Counted from the first letter of the stretch, positions 49,621 to 59,726 are shown. The stretch: DNA of 64,000 bases from Chthoniobacteraceae bacterium (GCA_040081625.1 JBEBGD010000003.1:59280-123279); one strand, 5' to 3'. Notes: generated by a model not told the origin, from the letters alone. A program made the numbers and translations.

Positions 49621-51084
49621 ATGACCAAGACATTCCTCTGCCTGCTCGTCACTGCCGTCGCCGCACTCGCGAAGGACAGTCCGCCGAACTTCATCGTCAT
49701 CAACATCGACGACCTCGGCTACGCGGACATCCAGCCCTTCGGCTCGGAGCTGAACCGCACGCCGAACCTCAACCGCATGGCGCAGGAAGGCATGAAGCTC
49801 ACGTGCTTCTACGCCGCGCCGGTGTGCACGCCGTCGCGGTCGGCGCTGATGACCGGCTGCTATCCGAAACGCGTGATGCCGATCGCGAGCGTGCTCTTTC
49901 CCGCGGGCAAGCTCGGGCTGAATCCCGAGGAGCAAACGGTGGCGGAGGTATTGAAGGGCGCGGGCTATGCGACGGCGTGCGTGGGCAAGTGGCATCTCGG
50001 CGATCAGCCTGAGTTTCTGCCGACGCGGCAGGGCTTCGATTTCTATTTCGGCATCCCTTACTCGAACGACATGGGGCCGCTCGCGGACGGCTCGAAGAGC
50101 AATCTCGGTGATCCGCTCCCGCAGCCTAAGTCGGTGGCTGGAAAGGGCGTGGACCCGAAAACTTTCGGAGGCGACGAGACGGGCTTGAAGGGCGCCGCGC
50201 AGCCGCCGCTGCCGCTGCTGCGCAACGAGAAGGTGATCGCGCGGGTGCGCGCGCACGAGCAGACCGAACTGGTCGCGCGCTACACGGACGAGGCGGTCGG
50301 TTTCATCCGCGAAAACAAGGCGAAGCCGTTCTTCATCTACCTCCCGCACAGCGCTGTTCACTTCCCGCTCTACCCCGGAAAGGCGTTCCAAAAGAAATCG
50401 CGCAACGGCTACTACGGCGACTGGGTCGAGGAGGTGGACTGGAGCGTGGGCCGCGTGCTCGACACGCTGCGCGAACTCGGCCTCGCGGAGAAGACGCTGG
50501 TGATCTTCACCTCCGACAACGGCGGCACCGCGCGCGGGGTGAATGCTCCGCTTCGTGGCGGTAAGGGCAGCACGTGGGAGGGCGGGATGCGCGTTCCGAC
50601 GATCGCGTGGTGGCCGGGAAAAGTGCCGGCGGGCGCGACGTGCGACGCGATCACCGGGATGATCGATGTGCTGCCGACGTTCGCAAAACTCGCGGGTGCG
50701 AAGCTGCCCGTGAAGAAGATAGACGGGGTGGATGCGTGGCCGCTGCTGAGCGGGCAGGCGAAGCAGGGCGGGCGCGATCTTTTCTATTTCTACCGCGGCT
50801 TGAAGCTCGAAGCCGTGCGGCAGGGCTCGTGGAAACTCCACCTCGCGAAGGGCGAGCTCTACAACCTCGAGAGCGACATCGGCGAAGCGACGAATGTCGC
50901 GAAGGAAAATGCCGAGGTCGTCGCGCAGCTTCAGGCGCTCGCGGCGAAGACCAGCGAGGACCTCGGGCCCGAGGGCATCGGGCCGGGCGTGCGTCAGCCC
51001 GGTCGGGTGGAGAATGCGCAGCCGCTGATCGGACTCGACGGCAAGGTGCGCGAAGGCTTCGCCGACGGCGCCTCGTCGCTGTGA
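49621..51084 (+). CDS. Arylsulfatase-like sulfatase, secreted
   Basis: Signal peptide, PNFIVINIDDLGY, CTPSR, GKWHLG, FTSDNG. Confidence 0.94.
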   Translation: MTKTFLCLLVTAVAALAKDSPPNFIVINIDDLGYADIQPFGSELNRTPNLNRMAQEGMKLTCFYAAPVCTPSRSALMTGCYPKRVMPIASVLFPAGKLGLNPEEQTVAEVLKGAGYATACVGKWHLGDQPEFLPTRQGFDFYFGIPYSNDMGPLADGSKSNLGDPLPQPKSVAGKGVDPKTFGGDETGLKGAAQPPLPLLRNEKVIARVRAHEQTELVARYTDEAVGFIRENKAKPFFIYLPHSAVHFPLYPGKAFQKKSRNGYYGDWVEEVDWSVGRVLDTLRELGLAEKTLVIFTSDNGGTARGVNAPLRGGKGSTWEGGMRVPTIAWWPGKVPAGATCDAITGMIDVLPTFAKLAGAKLPVKKIDGVDAWPLLSGQAKQGGRDLFYFYRGLKLEAVRQGSWKLHLAKGELYNLESDIGEATNVAKENAEVVAQLQALAAKTSEDLGPEGIGPGVRQPGRVENAQPLIGLDGKVREGFADGASSL

Positions 51085-51094
51085 GCCGATCTGC

Positions 51095-52474
51095 TCAGGG
51101 CGTCGGCGGCACGTAGGTGTAGCGGAAGAATTGCGTTCCGCTCACGTTCACCAGTTGCGAGCATACGCCGCTGGCGTTCGCGGCGACGGTCGCGATCGTC
51201 GTCCAGTTCGCGAGGTTGGGCGAGGCGCGGAGTTCGTATTGGAGACCGGCCACGGCCTGGCAGGAAACCGTGGCTGTGCCGTTGCCGTTGTTCTGGATCG
51301 AGACCTCGCCGGCGGGGAGGATGATCAGCGAGAGCTGGCCGAGTGCGTTGAAGGGATCGGACCATTTTTCATCCGTGTAAACGGCGGTGCCGGTCAGGGT
51401 GGCGAGGAAGGCGGCGAGATCGTTCTTCTGCTGCTGAGTGAGATTGAGATTCTGGACCTGATTGCCCGGGCGCCGGAGCCGGTTGTCGAGGCTTGGGAGG
51501 TTCGCGGGGAGCGTGTTGCTGGCGGGGATGACGTTGTAGTGATCGATCACCTGCGCGAGCGTCACTTTGCTGCCGTCGTGCATGAACGCGCCGTTCGGCT
51601 GGCCGCCCACACCGAGGAGGTCGCGGAGGCTCGGGGAGCGGGTATTGGTCAGGTCGGTGCCGCCGCCGATTTTGGTGATGACGCCGTTGTTGAGGCTGGC
51701 AGGATCGATGTCGAACTCCGGCGGGCGGTGGCAAATCGCGCATCCTGCTCCGCCTTGGGCCGGAGCCGCGATGAACAATTGTTTTCCGGCGTTCTCCTGC
51801 GCGGTGAAATTGGGGAATGGATTGTTGCCATTGGCGACTTGCGCGCGACCGACATCGAAGCGCGAATCGAACGACTGGATGCTGCGGACAAACTGCGCGA
51901 GTGCCGACTGCACGCGCGCCTCGGTGATCGCGGGATCGCCAAAGGTCACCGCGAAGAGCACGCGATACTCGGCGATGGCCGTGAGCTTCGTGACCAAGTC
52001 TGGAAAGCCGGGATCGCCGAGCGTGCCGCTGAAGCCCATCTCGACATGATCCTGGATCGGCTGTGTGGTCTGGGCTTCGAGGTTTGCCGCCCGTTCATCC
52101 CAAAAGAATCGGACCTCGGTCGCGAAGCGGGCATTGATCAGGCGCATCGAATGCCGGCCGGTCGTCCCATTGACCCCGCTGCTGGCCGTAGCCGTGTCGC
52201 TGAACGCGCGAGCCTGACTGTGGCACGAGGCGCACGCGATGGTGTCATTGCGCGAGAGGCGCTTGTCGTAAAAGAGCACGCGCCCGAGCGTGGCGCCTTT
52301 GTCGGTGATGGGATTGCCGGTCGTGTTGTCCTCGGTGATGTAGGCCGGGATCGGCTGGTTCGCGTAGTTGACGAGGGCGGTCAGGTCCACGATGCCGTTG
52401 CCCGCATTCGCGGACAGGCTCACAGCGCAGAGAATGCTCGCGGCGGCGAGGATTCGGGAGGGAGACGGGATCAT
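51095..52474 (-). CDS. Di-haem cytochrome c peroxidase/MauG-family protein with a C-terminal extension
   Basis: LGRVLFYDKRLS, CASCH, FFWD, CAICH, MHDG; signal peptide. Confidence 0.9.
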   Translation of the reverse strand: MIPSPSRILAAASILCAVSLSANAGNGIVDLTALVNYANQPIPAYITEDNTTGNPITDKGATLGRVLFYDKRLSRNDTIACASCHSQARAFSDTATASSGVNGTTGRHSMRLINARFATEVRFFWDERAANLEAQTTQPIQDHVEMGFSGTLGDPGFPDLVTKLTAIAEYRVLFAVTFGDPAITEARVQSALAQFVRSIQSFDSRFDVGRAQVANGNNPFPNFTAQENAGKQLFIAAPAQGGAGCAICHRPPEFDIDPASLNNGVITKIGGGTDLTNTRSPSLRDLLGVGGQPNGAFMHDGSKVTLAQVIDHYNVIPASNTLPANLPSLDNRLRRPGNQVQNLNLTQQQKNDLAAFLATLTGTAVYTDEKWSDPFNALGQLSLIILPAGEVSIQNNGNGTATVSCQAVAGLQYELRASPNLANWTTIATVAANASGVCSQLVNVSGTQFFRYTYVPPTP

Positions 52475-52627
52475 TGCGGCGCCCGATAGCGGGCGGAGTC
52501 TTCCGGGGCAAACGGCTTTACCGTCGCTTTACAAATCTGTGCTGCATCACGCGTTCCGCTGCCGCGGTGGGCGCGATTGCGTCTGGCGGCGTTCGCTGTT
52601 ACGAGCGGTTCAAATTGAAACCCTCCC

Positions 52628-53479
52628 GTGAACACACTCCGCACCGCTTTGTTCCTCGCCATGATCGCCACCGCGCGCGCTGACGATCTTTCGCTTCACC
52701 TCCGCTCGCGGACCAAGGACGGCGTGGTGGGGGAGAAGGCGGCGGCTTGGGACGTGAAGAAGACGGCGCTGATCATCTGCGACATGTGGGATCAGCATTG
52801 GTGCAAGTCCGCTGAGCGACGTGTCGGGGAGATGGCCGGGCCGATGAACGAAATGGTGAAGGCGGCGCGGGCGAAGGGCATCTTCGTGATCCACGCGCCG
52901 AGCACTTGCGTGGATTTCTACAAGGACACGCCGCAGCGGAAGCGTGCGCAGTCCGCGCCATTCGTAAAGACGCCGGTGCCGCTGGTGACGACGGAGCGAT
53001 GGGGCACGTGCTGGCACTGGATCGATGCGCGGCGCGAGGGCGTGCTGCCGATCGACGACTCGGACATGGGCTGCTCGTGCGGCGAAAAGAAGTGCGAGAT
53101 TCGCACGCCGTGGACGCGGCAGATTTCCACCATCGAGATCGGGCCGGAGGATGCGATCACCGATCACGGGCAGGAGACGTGGAATCTGCTCGCGGAGCGC
53201 GGCATCGAAAACGTGATCCTCTGCGGCGTGCATCTGAACATGTGCGTGCTCGGGCGGCCCTTCGCGATCCGGCAGATGGTGGCGCTCGGGAAGAACGTGG
53301 CGCTGATGCGCGACTTCACGGACACGATGTATAACCCCGAGCGTCCGCCCGGCGGCACGCACTTCACCGGCAACACGCTGATGATCGAGCACGTCGAGAA
53401 ATTCTGGTGCCCGTCGTTCACGAGCACGGACCTCACTGGCAGGCCGGCGTTTCGCTTTAAGGGATCATCGGTCGAATAG
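52628..53479 (+). CDS. Isochorismatase/nicotinamidase-like cysteine hydrolase, secreted
   Basis: TALIICDMW, VIHAPS, GVHLNMCV with a nucleophile-position Cys. Confidence 0.8.
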   Translation: MNTLRTALFLAMIATARADDLSLHLRSRTKDGVVGEKAAAWDVKKTALIICDMWDQHWCKSAERRVGEMAGPMNEMVKAARAKGIFVIHAPSTCVDFYKDTPQRKRAQSAPFVKTPVPLVTTERWGTCWHWIDARREGVLPIDDSDMGCSCGEKKCEIRTPWTRQISTIEIGPEDAITDHGQETWNLLAERGIENVILCGVHLNMCVLGRPFAIRQMVALGKNVALMRDFTDTMYNPERPPGGTHFTGNTLMIEHVEKFWCPSFTSTDLTGRPAFRFKGSSVE

Positions 53480-54826
53480 CGGATCGCCGTTTGCCTTCAG
53501 CCACGACTCGAGCGTCGTCTTCATCGTCGCGACGCGCTCGGGTTGCGCGGCGGCGAGGTCGCGCAGTTCGTCGGGATCGGCGGCGAGGTCGAAGAGTTGG
53601 TAGCGCGACAGCTTCGGATACCAGACGAGCTTCCACCGATCGTCGCGGACCATCCGCTGCGTGTCGGTGAAGCAGGCGAAGACCTCGGGGTGGATTGTCG
53701 CGCCGGTGAATGAGGGGACGAGGCTTTTCGACTGCACCGATGCCGGGATCGCGATGCCGGCCATCTCGCATGTGGTCGGGAAAAGATCGCGCAGATAGCA
53801 CTGCGCGGCGATGCGCCGGTCGCGTGGGATGCCGGGGCCGCGCAGGATCAGCGGCACGCCGATGGTGTGCTCGTATTGGTTTTGTTTGCCGGTGAGTCCG
53901 TGGCTGCCGAGCGCGAGGCCGTGGTCGCTCGTGAAGATGAAGATCGTATTCTCCCACGCGCCGGTCTCGCGCAGCGCGGCGACGATGCGGCCGACCTGTT
54001 CGTCGAGGTTTTCGATGATGGCGAAATAGACGGCGAGTTCGGCGCGCACTTGCTCCGCGGTGCGCGGCGGCGGGACGATCACCTCGTCGCGGCTGCCGGC
54101 GTTGCCGTGATCGTAGGGATGCTCCGGAGCGAAGTTTTTCGGCAGCGGCATCTTCGCCGCGGCGTGGCGGCTCTCGTAACCGCGCGGCCAGATGAGCGGA
54201 TCGTGCGGGCCGGTGAAACTGACCTGGAGGAAGAACGGATCGGCGGGTTTGCGGCGGATCAAGTCGATCGCGCCGTCGGCGATGAAGCGGTCGGTGTCGG
54301 GCGTGAGGCCGACGCCTTTGTCGGTCTCGACGGCGCCGTCGTCGGTCTTGAAGGTCCAGCCGGTGTAGCCGGTCGCGGGACGTCCGGCGTAATCGGGAAG
54401 CTGCGTGCGGCCTTTCGCGCCGCCGCTCGAATACAACCCGCCGGTCGTCTCGAAGCCGCGTTGCTTCGGCTGGCCGTCGTTGTGCCATTTGCCGGCGAAC
54501 CATGTGCGATAGCCCGCGCGCCGGAAGGTGTCCGGCCACAGCGCGGCGGTGGGATCGAGCGCCTTGCCGCGATACTGCACGCCGGTCTGGAAGGCGCAGC
54601 GGCCGGTGAGAAACTCCGCGCGGCTCACGTGGCAGATCGGGTAGCCGGTGATGGCGCGCGTGAACGTGGCGCCTTCGCGCACGAGCGAGTCGAGATTCGG
54701 CGTCTGCACGACCGGATGCCCGAGCGCGGCGATGGCGTCGGGCCGCATGTCGTCGGCGACGAGGAAGACGATATTCGGCGGCGCGGCGATCGCGTGAACG
54801 GCGAGGAGGAGAAGGAGGAACTTCAT
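53465..54826 (-). CDS. Sulfatase, secreted
   Basis: PPNIVFLVADD, TPNLD, CHVSR motif, GKWH, FTSDHG, QLFDL; start at MKFLLLLL. Confidence 0.9.
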   Translation of the reverse strand: MKFLLLLLAVHAIAAPPNIVFLVADDMRPDAIAALGHPVVQTPNLDSLVREGATFTRAITGYPICHVSRAEFLTGRCAFQTGVQYRGKALDPTAALWPDTFRRAGYRTWFAGKWHNDGQPKQRGFETTGGLYSSGGAKGRTQLPDYAGRPATGYTGWTFKTDDGAVETDKGVGLTPDTDRFIADGAIDLIRRKPADPFFLQVSFTGPHDPLIWPRGYESRHAAAKMPLPKNFAPEHPYDHGNAGSRDEVIVPPPRTAEQVRAELAVYFAIIENLDEQVGRIVAALRETGAWENTIFIFTSDHGLALGSHGLTGKQNQYEHTIGVPLILRGPGIPRDRRIAAQCYLRDLFPTTCEMAGIAIPASVQSKSLVPSFTGATIHPEVFACFTDTQRMVRDDRWKLVWYPKLSRYQLFDLAADPDELRDLAAAQPERVATMKTTLESWLKANGDPLFDR

Positions 54827-54940
54827 GCGCCAAGCATCGCTGGCGCGGCGCGGACTCGCCAACCCTGCTCTCGGACGGGTTTGGAAAAAGTCCTTCCCGA
54901 CGCACGGGTGCTGAATACGTTGCGAGCCGTTCTGCGCGTC

Positions 54941-57900
54941 ATGAAATCCCAGCGATTTTCAATTCTGCGCCGCGCCTCGTGGGCGGCATTGCGCTGCGTC
55001 GCGATCGGCCTCGCGCTCGCGGGCTTGGTGATCCCGCTCTCCGCGCGGGCGGCGAGCTTGGTGTGGAGCGGCACGACGGATTCAAGTTGGTCCACGACAA
55101 CAAATTGGAACCCGGTCGGCACGCCGGGCACGGGCGACACCGCGACCTTTGGCGGTGCGGGCAACGGGAACACGACGATCTCGCTCGGAGCGGGCGTCAC
55201 GATCTTGAACCTCCAGTTCGATAGCGCGTCGTCGACCTATACGATCGGCGCCGGCGCGGCTGGCAGCGAGACGCTGACGCTGAACCACGGCGGGCTGATC
55301 GGGGTCAGCGGCTCGTTCACTCAAAGCGATCATTTGATCAACGCCGCCGTCGTCCTCGGCACGAATGCGAACACCGGCAGCTATCTCTTTTTCAGCGACG
55401 CCAACCGAACGCTGACCTTTGCGGGTCCGATCCGCGGCGGAACGGGCGGAATAGCGGGAACCAAGACGCTCACGGTCGGCCTCAATGGCGACAGCGGGAA
55501 TGTCGTCATCAATGGCGTCATCGGCGGCGGCAGCGGGACGATCGCGCTCACGAAGACCGGCACGCACACGCTCACGCTGAGCGGCAATAACACGTTCACA
55601 GGTCCGCTGACCTTCGAAGGTGGAACCATCACGGTCCCGGTGATCAACAATTCAAATGCCGACGGCCCGCTGGGACACAGCACGGCGGCGGTGGAGTTCG
55701 CGATCGACAATGCCCTCGGCGGCGGCGTGCTCAATTACACGGGCGGCACTGCCACCAGCAGCAAGCGCTTCACGATGACCAGCGCCGGCACCTTCAACAT
55801 CGACTCGGCGGCGGCCGACCTCACGCTCACGGGAGTGATCGACGGCACCGGCGGCGGCTTGGGCAAGAGCGGCCCCGGCACGCTGACGCTCACGGCGGTG
55901 AATACCTACGGGCCGCAGACCACGATCAGCGGGGGCACGCTGCGGCTCTCCGGTTCGGGCCGGCTGGGCGCCACGACGAACACGCTGATCATCAACAACG
56001 GCGGCAAACTCGACCTGGGCGGCACCGACCAGACGATTGGCGGGATTTTGACCATCAGTGGTGTCGGCACCATCGTGAACAATGGCGGAGGCGCGTCGCT
56101 GCTCACCGTCAACGTGCCCACTGGAGATTCCGCGGGGTTTACCGGCTCCATTCTCGACAACGACAACGCGACCGCCGGCACGGTGGCGCTGACGAAAACC
56201 GGCGCGGGATCACTCGGACTGGGGGGCATATTCGCGAACAGCAACTACAGCGGCGCGACGCTGGTGACCAACGGCAGCCTTGGGGTCGCGTCCGCCAATG
56301 CCCTCGGTAGTGCCGCCACGGGCACGACGGTGAGCAGTGGCGCCACCTTGCAAATCGTCAACACCAACATCGCAGCAGAGCCGATCACGATTTCGGGCGT
56401 TGGGGAAACGGGCTACGAAGGCGCGATCGAGGGCGGCAACGCGATCTATGGCGGCCTGCTCAAGCTCAACGCCGCCAGCACCGTCGCAACGTCGTCGTTT
56501 AACCCCGGCCCGTTCGATATCACCAATCCCGGCACCATCACCGGCGCGACCTTCACCCTCACGCTCGCCGGCCAGGACATTGGGTCGATCGCGAGCATCA
56601 TCGGCACGACCAGCGGCGGGCTCACGAAGATCGACGCGGGCACATGGACTTTATCGGGCGCCAACACCTACACTGGCACGACGACGATCAGCGCCGGCAT
56701 TCTGAACATTCAACACGCGAACGCCTTGGGAGCCAGCACGTCGAACGACACCACGATCACCAGCGGCGCGACCTTGCAGATCCAGGGCGGCATCACGACT
56801 CCTGCCGCCGAGGGATTGACCATCCGCGGCATCGGAGCCGCCGGCGCGACGGGCGCTTTTGAAAATGTCAGCGGAGTCAATAACTGGGCCGGAGATGTGA
56901 CGCTCGGCGCGGACAGCACCATCTCATCCGACAGCGGCACCTTGAACCTCACCAACACCGCGAGCACGATCACGGGCTCGACTTTCGATCTCACGCTCAC
57001 CGGCGCCGGCGATGGTTCCATCGCGAGCGTGCTCGCGACCACCAGCGGCACCGTGACGAAGAGCGGCGCGGGCAAGTGGACGCTGAGCGGCCTGAACAGC
57101 TTCACCGGTGCGCTGACCGTGCTGGACGGCACGCTCTCGGTTCCCACCTTCAACAACGCGAGCGCCCCCGGCCCGCTCGGCAACAGCGCCCTGGCCGTGA
57201 CGCTCGGTGCCGCGTCGCAGACCGGCGAGGTCGAATACACCGGCGCGACGGCGACGAGCACGAAGCCGTTCGCGCTGACGACTGGTGGCATTGGGGCGTT
57301 CGACATCCTGTCCGCCGCGACCGAGCTGACGCTCACCGGGCAGATCAGCGGCGCGGGGACGCTGATGAAATCAGGCTTGGGGACGCTCACGCTCGGGTCG
57401 GCAAAGTCCTTCACCGGCCCGGCGCTCGTCGCGGAGGGGACGCTGAAACTGACGGCCGCGAATGCGATCGTGAGCACCGCGGGCATCACGGTCGAAAGCG
57501 GCGCCGTGCTGCTGCTCGCCGGCACGCCGGCGCTCAATCGCATCGCCGACACCGATGCGCTCGCGCTGAGCGGCGGCACGCTTAGCACCGAGGGCTTGAG
57601 CAACGCGACGGAGACGCTCGGCAACTTCAGCCTCACGCTCGCGCACTCGACGATCGACTTCGGCAGTGGCAGCGGCAACTCGCTCTTCTTCGCGGGCGTC
57701 GGAACGCACACCGCGGGGATCAAGCTCGCGATCCTCAACTGGAGCGGCACGCCGAACCAGCTCGGCAGCGCGTCGAGCGACCGGCTGATCTTCAGCGGAG
57801 CGAATCCGAGTGCCTTCACCACGGCCTACAACTTCGCCGACGTTTCCTTCAACGGTGTGACCGGCTATCTCGCGCTGCAGGCCGACGTTTCGCACTACGA

Positions 57901-57994
57901 GATCGTCGCCATCCCCGAACCGTCCGCGGGCGGATTGCTCGGCGTGGCGCTGCTCGGCGCGGCTGGTTTTTGCAGACGCCGTTACGCGCGCTGA
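54941..57994 (+). CDS. Surface protein with autotransporter-associated beta-strand repeats and a PEP-CTERM sorting signal
   Basis: Signal peptide; about six L-x-K-x-G-x-G-T-L-T-L...N-T-Y/F-T-G repeats; C-terminal [24 protein letters not shown]. Confidence 0.92.
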   Translation: MKSQRFSILRRASWAALRCVAIGLALAGLVIPLSARAASLVWSGTTDSSWSTTTNWNPVGTPGTGDTATFGGAGNGNTTISLGAGVTILNLQFDSASSTYTIGAGAAGSETLTLNHGGLIGVSGSFTQSDHLINAAVVLGTNANTGSYLFFSDANRTLTFAGPIRGGTGGIAGTKTLTVGLNGDSGNVVINGVIGGGSGTIALTKTGTHTLTLSGNNTFTGPLTFEGGTITVPVINNSNADGPLGHSTAAVEFAIDNALGGGVLNYTGGTATSSKRFTMTSAGTFNIDSAAADLTLTGVIDGTGGGLGKSGPGTLTLTAVNTYGPQTTISGGTLRLSGSGRLGATTNTLIINNGGKLDLGGTDQTIGGILTISGVGTIVNNGGGASLLTVNVPTGDSAGFTGSILDNDNATAGTVALTKTGAGSLGLGGIFANSNYSGATLVTNGSLGVASANALGSAATGTTVSSGATLQIVNTNIAAEPITISGVGETGYEGAIEGGNAIYGGLLKLNAASTVATSSFNPGPFDITNPGTITGATFTLTLAGQDIGSIASIIGTTSGGLTKIDAGTWTLSGANTYTGTTTISAGILNIQHANALGASTSNDTTITSGATLQIQGGITTPAAEGLTIRGIGAAGATGAFENVSGVNNWAGDVTLGADSTISSDSGTLNLTNTASTITGSTFDLTLTGAGDGSIASVLATTSGTVTKSGAGKWTLSGLNSFTGALTVLDGTLSVPTFNNASAPGPLGNSALAVTLGAASQTGEVEYTGATATSTKPFALTTGGIGAFDILSAATELTLTGQISGAGTLMKSGLGTLTLGSAKSFTGPALVAEGTLKLTAANAIVSTAGITVESGAVLLLAGTPALNRIADTDALALSGGTLSTEGLSNATETLGNFSLTLAHSTIDFGSGSGNSLFFAGVGTHTAGIKLAILNWSGTPNQLGSASSDRLIFSGANPSAFTTAYNFADVSFNGVTGYLALQADVSHYEIVAIPEPSAGGLLGVALLGAAGFCRRRYAR

Positions 57995-58827
57995 AAAAAG
58001 CCGCGCTGCTTTTCGCTGATCGGGTGGCCGAGCTTTTCGAGCACGAGCAGCATGTCCTCCCACACCTTTCGCTTTTCGCTGATGGCCTGGTTTCGCAGCA
58101 GGTAGGCCGGGTGGTAGGTGACCATGAGCGGGATGCCGCCGAACTCGAGCCAGCTCCCGCGCACGCGCCCGACGGGGATTTGCTGGCCGGTGAGCCCTTC
58201 GAGCGCGGTGGCGCCGAGCGCGACGAGCGCGCGTGGCTGGATGATGTCGATCTGCTCGCGCAGATACGGCAGGCAGGTCTGCATCTCGTCCGCGCGCGGC
58301 TTGCGATTGCCGGGGACGCCGGGCGGCATGTCGGGGCGGCACTTGAGGATGTTCGCGATGAAGACGTCGATGCGCTCGAAGCCCATGGCCTTGATGATCT
58401 TGGTGAGCAGTTCACCGGCGCGACCGACGAAAGGTTCGCCCTGCACGTCCTCGTCTTCGCCGGGTGCTTCGCCGACGAACATGAGCTCGGCCTCGGGAGT
58501 GCCGACACCGAAGACGACCTGCGTGCGCGACGCGACGAGGTGCGGGCACTTCGTGCAGGCGAGCACCGGGCCGCGCATGGCGTCGAGACGGGCGGCTTTG
58601 GTGCCGGTCGTCGGGGCGAGCGGCGTGAATGGGACGGATGGGGCCGATGGGATGGATGGTGCGGGCGCTTCGACACGCGGCGCGATGGTGCGCTCGATGC
58701 GCTTGGGTTCCGCGGGCTTCGGGAGCTGGCGCAGACGGGCCACGGTTTCGCGCGGGGCGCTGAGCTTCGCGCCGCTGTCGTGCAGGGCTTGGAGCGTGGC
58801 GTGGACGTAGTCGAGTGGGTCGCTCAT
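57982..58827 (-). CDS. udg: Uracil-DNA glycosylase, family 4 (Fe-S type)
   Basis: [34 protein letters not shown]; start overlaps the rluD stop. Confidence 0.93.
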   Translation of the reverse strand: MSDPLDYVHATLQALHDSGAKLSAPRETVARLRQLPKPAEPKRIERTIAPRVEAPAPSIPSAPSVPFTPLAPTTGTKAARLDAMRGPVLACTKCPHLVASRTQVVFGVGTPEAELMFVGEAPGEDEDVQGEPFVGRAGELLTKIIKAMGFERIDVFIANILKCRPDMPPGVPGNRKPRADEMQTCLPYLREQIDIIQPRALVALGATALEGLTGQQIPVGRVRGSWLEFGGIPLMVTYHPAYLLRNQAISEKRKVWEDMLLVLEKLGHPISEKQRGFFQRA

Positions 58828-59726
58828 GGCAGGGTGGCTGGGACGCCAGCTTTGATGAAATCGGGCGGGATGGGCGACTGAAAATTCATCTGTGCGCCGG
58901 TGCGCGGATGCGTGAAGCCGAGCCGCCACGCGTGGAGCATCTGGCGGGTGAAGCCGGCGCGCTTGCCGTAGGTTTCGTCGCCGAGCACGGGGTGGCCGAG
59001 GTGCTGGAGATGGACGCGGATCTGGTGTGTGCGGCCGGTGTGCAGCGTGCAGGCGACGAGCGTGCCGCAGTCGAGCTCAAGCAGCACGCGCCAGCCGGTG
59101 TGCGCGGGTTTGCCCCGCTCGGTAACGTCCATCTTCTGCCGGTTGGCGCGGTGCCGGCCGATCGGTTCGTTGATGTCGCCGCTCTTCCAGCGAAAGCGGC
59201 CGGAGGCGAGCGCGAGGTAGGTTTTGCTCACTTCGCGCCCGGCGAATTGCTCGACCAGCGAGCGGTGGGCGATGTCGTTCTTCGCGGCGACGAGGCAGCC
59301 GCTGGTTTCCTTGTCGAGCCGGTGGACGATGCCGGGCCGCTCGACTCCGCCGATGCCGCTCAGCTCCCGGCAGTGGTGGAGTAGCGCGTTGACGAGCGTG
59401 CCGGCGCGGTTGCCGACGGCGGGATGCACGACGAGGCCCGCGGGTTTGTCGATGACGATGAGATCGTCGTCTTCAAAGAGCACCGCGAGCGGGATGTCCT
59501 CAGCGGAAACATCGGCGGGAACCGGTGGCGGTTCGACGACGCAGATCTCGTCGCCGGCGGTTAGCTTCGACGCGGGGCGGGCGGGCTGGCCGTTGAGGGT
59601 GATGTGGCCGCTCTTGAGCAGCGCCTGGATGCGGGCACGCGAGAGCGTCGGGATCTGGCCGGCGAGGAATTGATCCAGTCGCCCACCTCGGATTTCGACG
59701 CGCAGCATGAGCGGGGATTCGAGCAT
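58824..59726 (-). CDS. rluD: RluA-family pseudouridine synthase with S4 domain
   Basis: RLDQFL S4 domain, DKPAGLVVHP, GIVHRLDKETSG, TGRTHQIRVH; AGGAGG ribosome-binding site upstream. Confidence 0.92.
   Translation of the reverse strand: MLESPLMLRVEIRGGRLDQFLAGQIPTLSRARIQALLKSGHITLNGQPARPASKLTAGDEICVVEPPPVPADVSAEDIPLAVLFEDDDLIVIDKPAGLVVHPAVGNRAGTLVNALLHHCRELSGIGGVERPGIVHRLDKETSGCLVAAKNDIAHRSLVEQFAGREVSKTYLALASGRFRWKSGDINEPIGRHRANRQKMDVTERGKPAHTGWRVLLELDCGTLVACTLHTGRTHQIRVHLQHLGHPVLGDETYGKRAGFTRQMLHAWRLGFTHPRTGAQMNFQSPIPPDFIKAGVPATLP

Noticed and set aside
53867..54940. N-terminal 358 aa of the 1375-aa ORF
   Set aside because: It is antisense to a sulfatase; the signal peptide begins at ATG 54941.
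54941..57994. Classical type V autotransporter
   Set aside because: There is no C-terminal beta-barrel; the protein ends in PEP-CTERM.
57982..57994. Convergent 3' overlaps (also 35529-35532 and 53465-53479) as antisense regulation
   Set aside because: Overlaps of 4-15 nt are common in compact genomes, and there is no further evidence.
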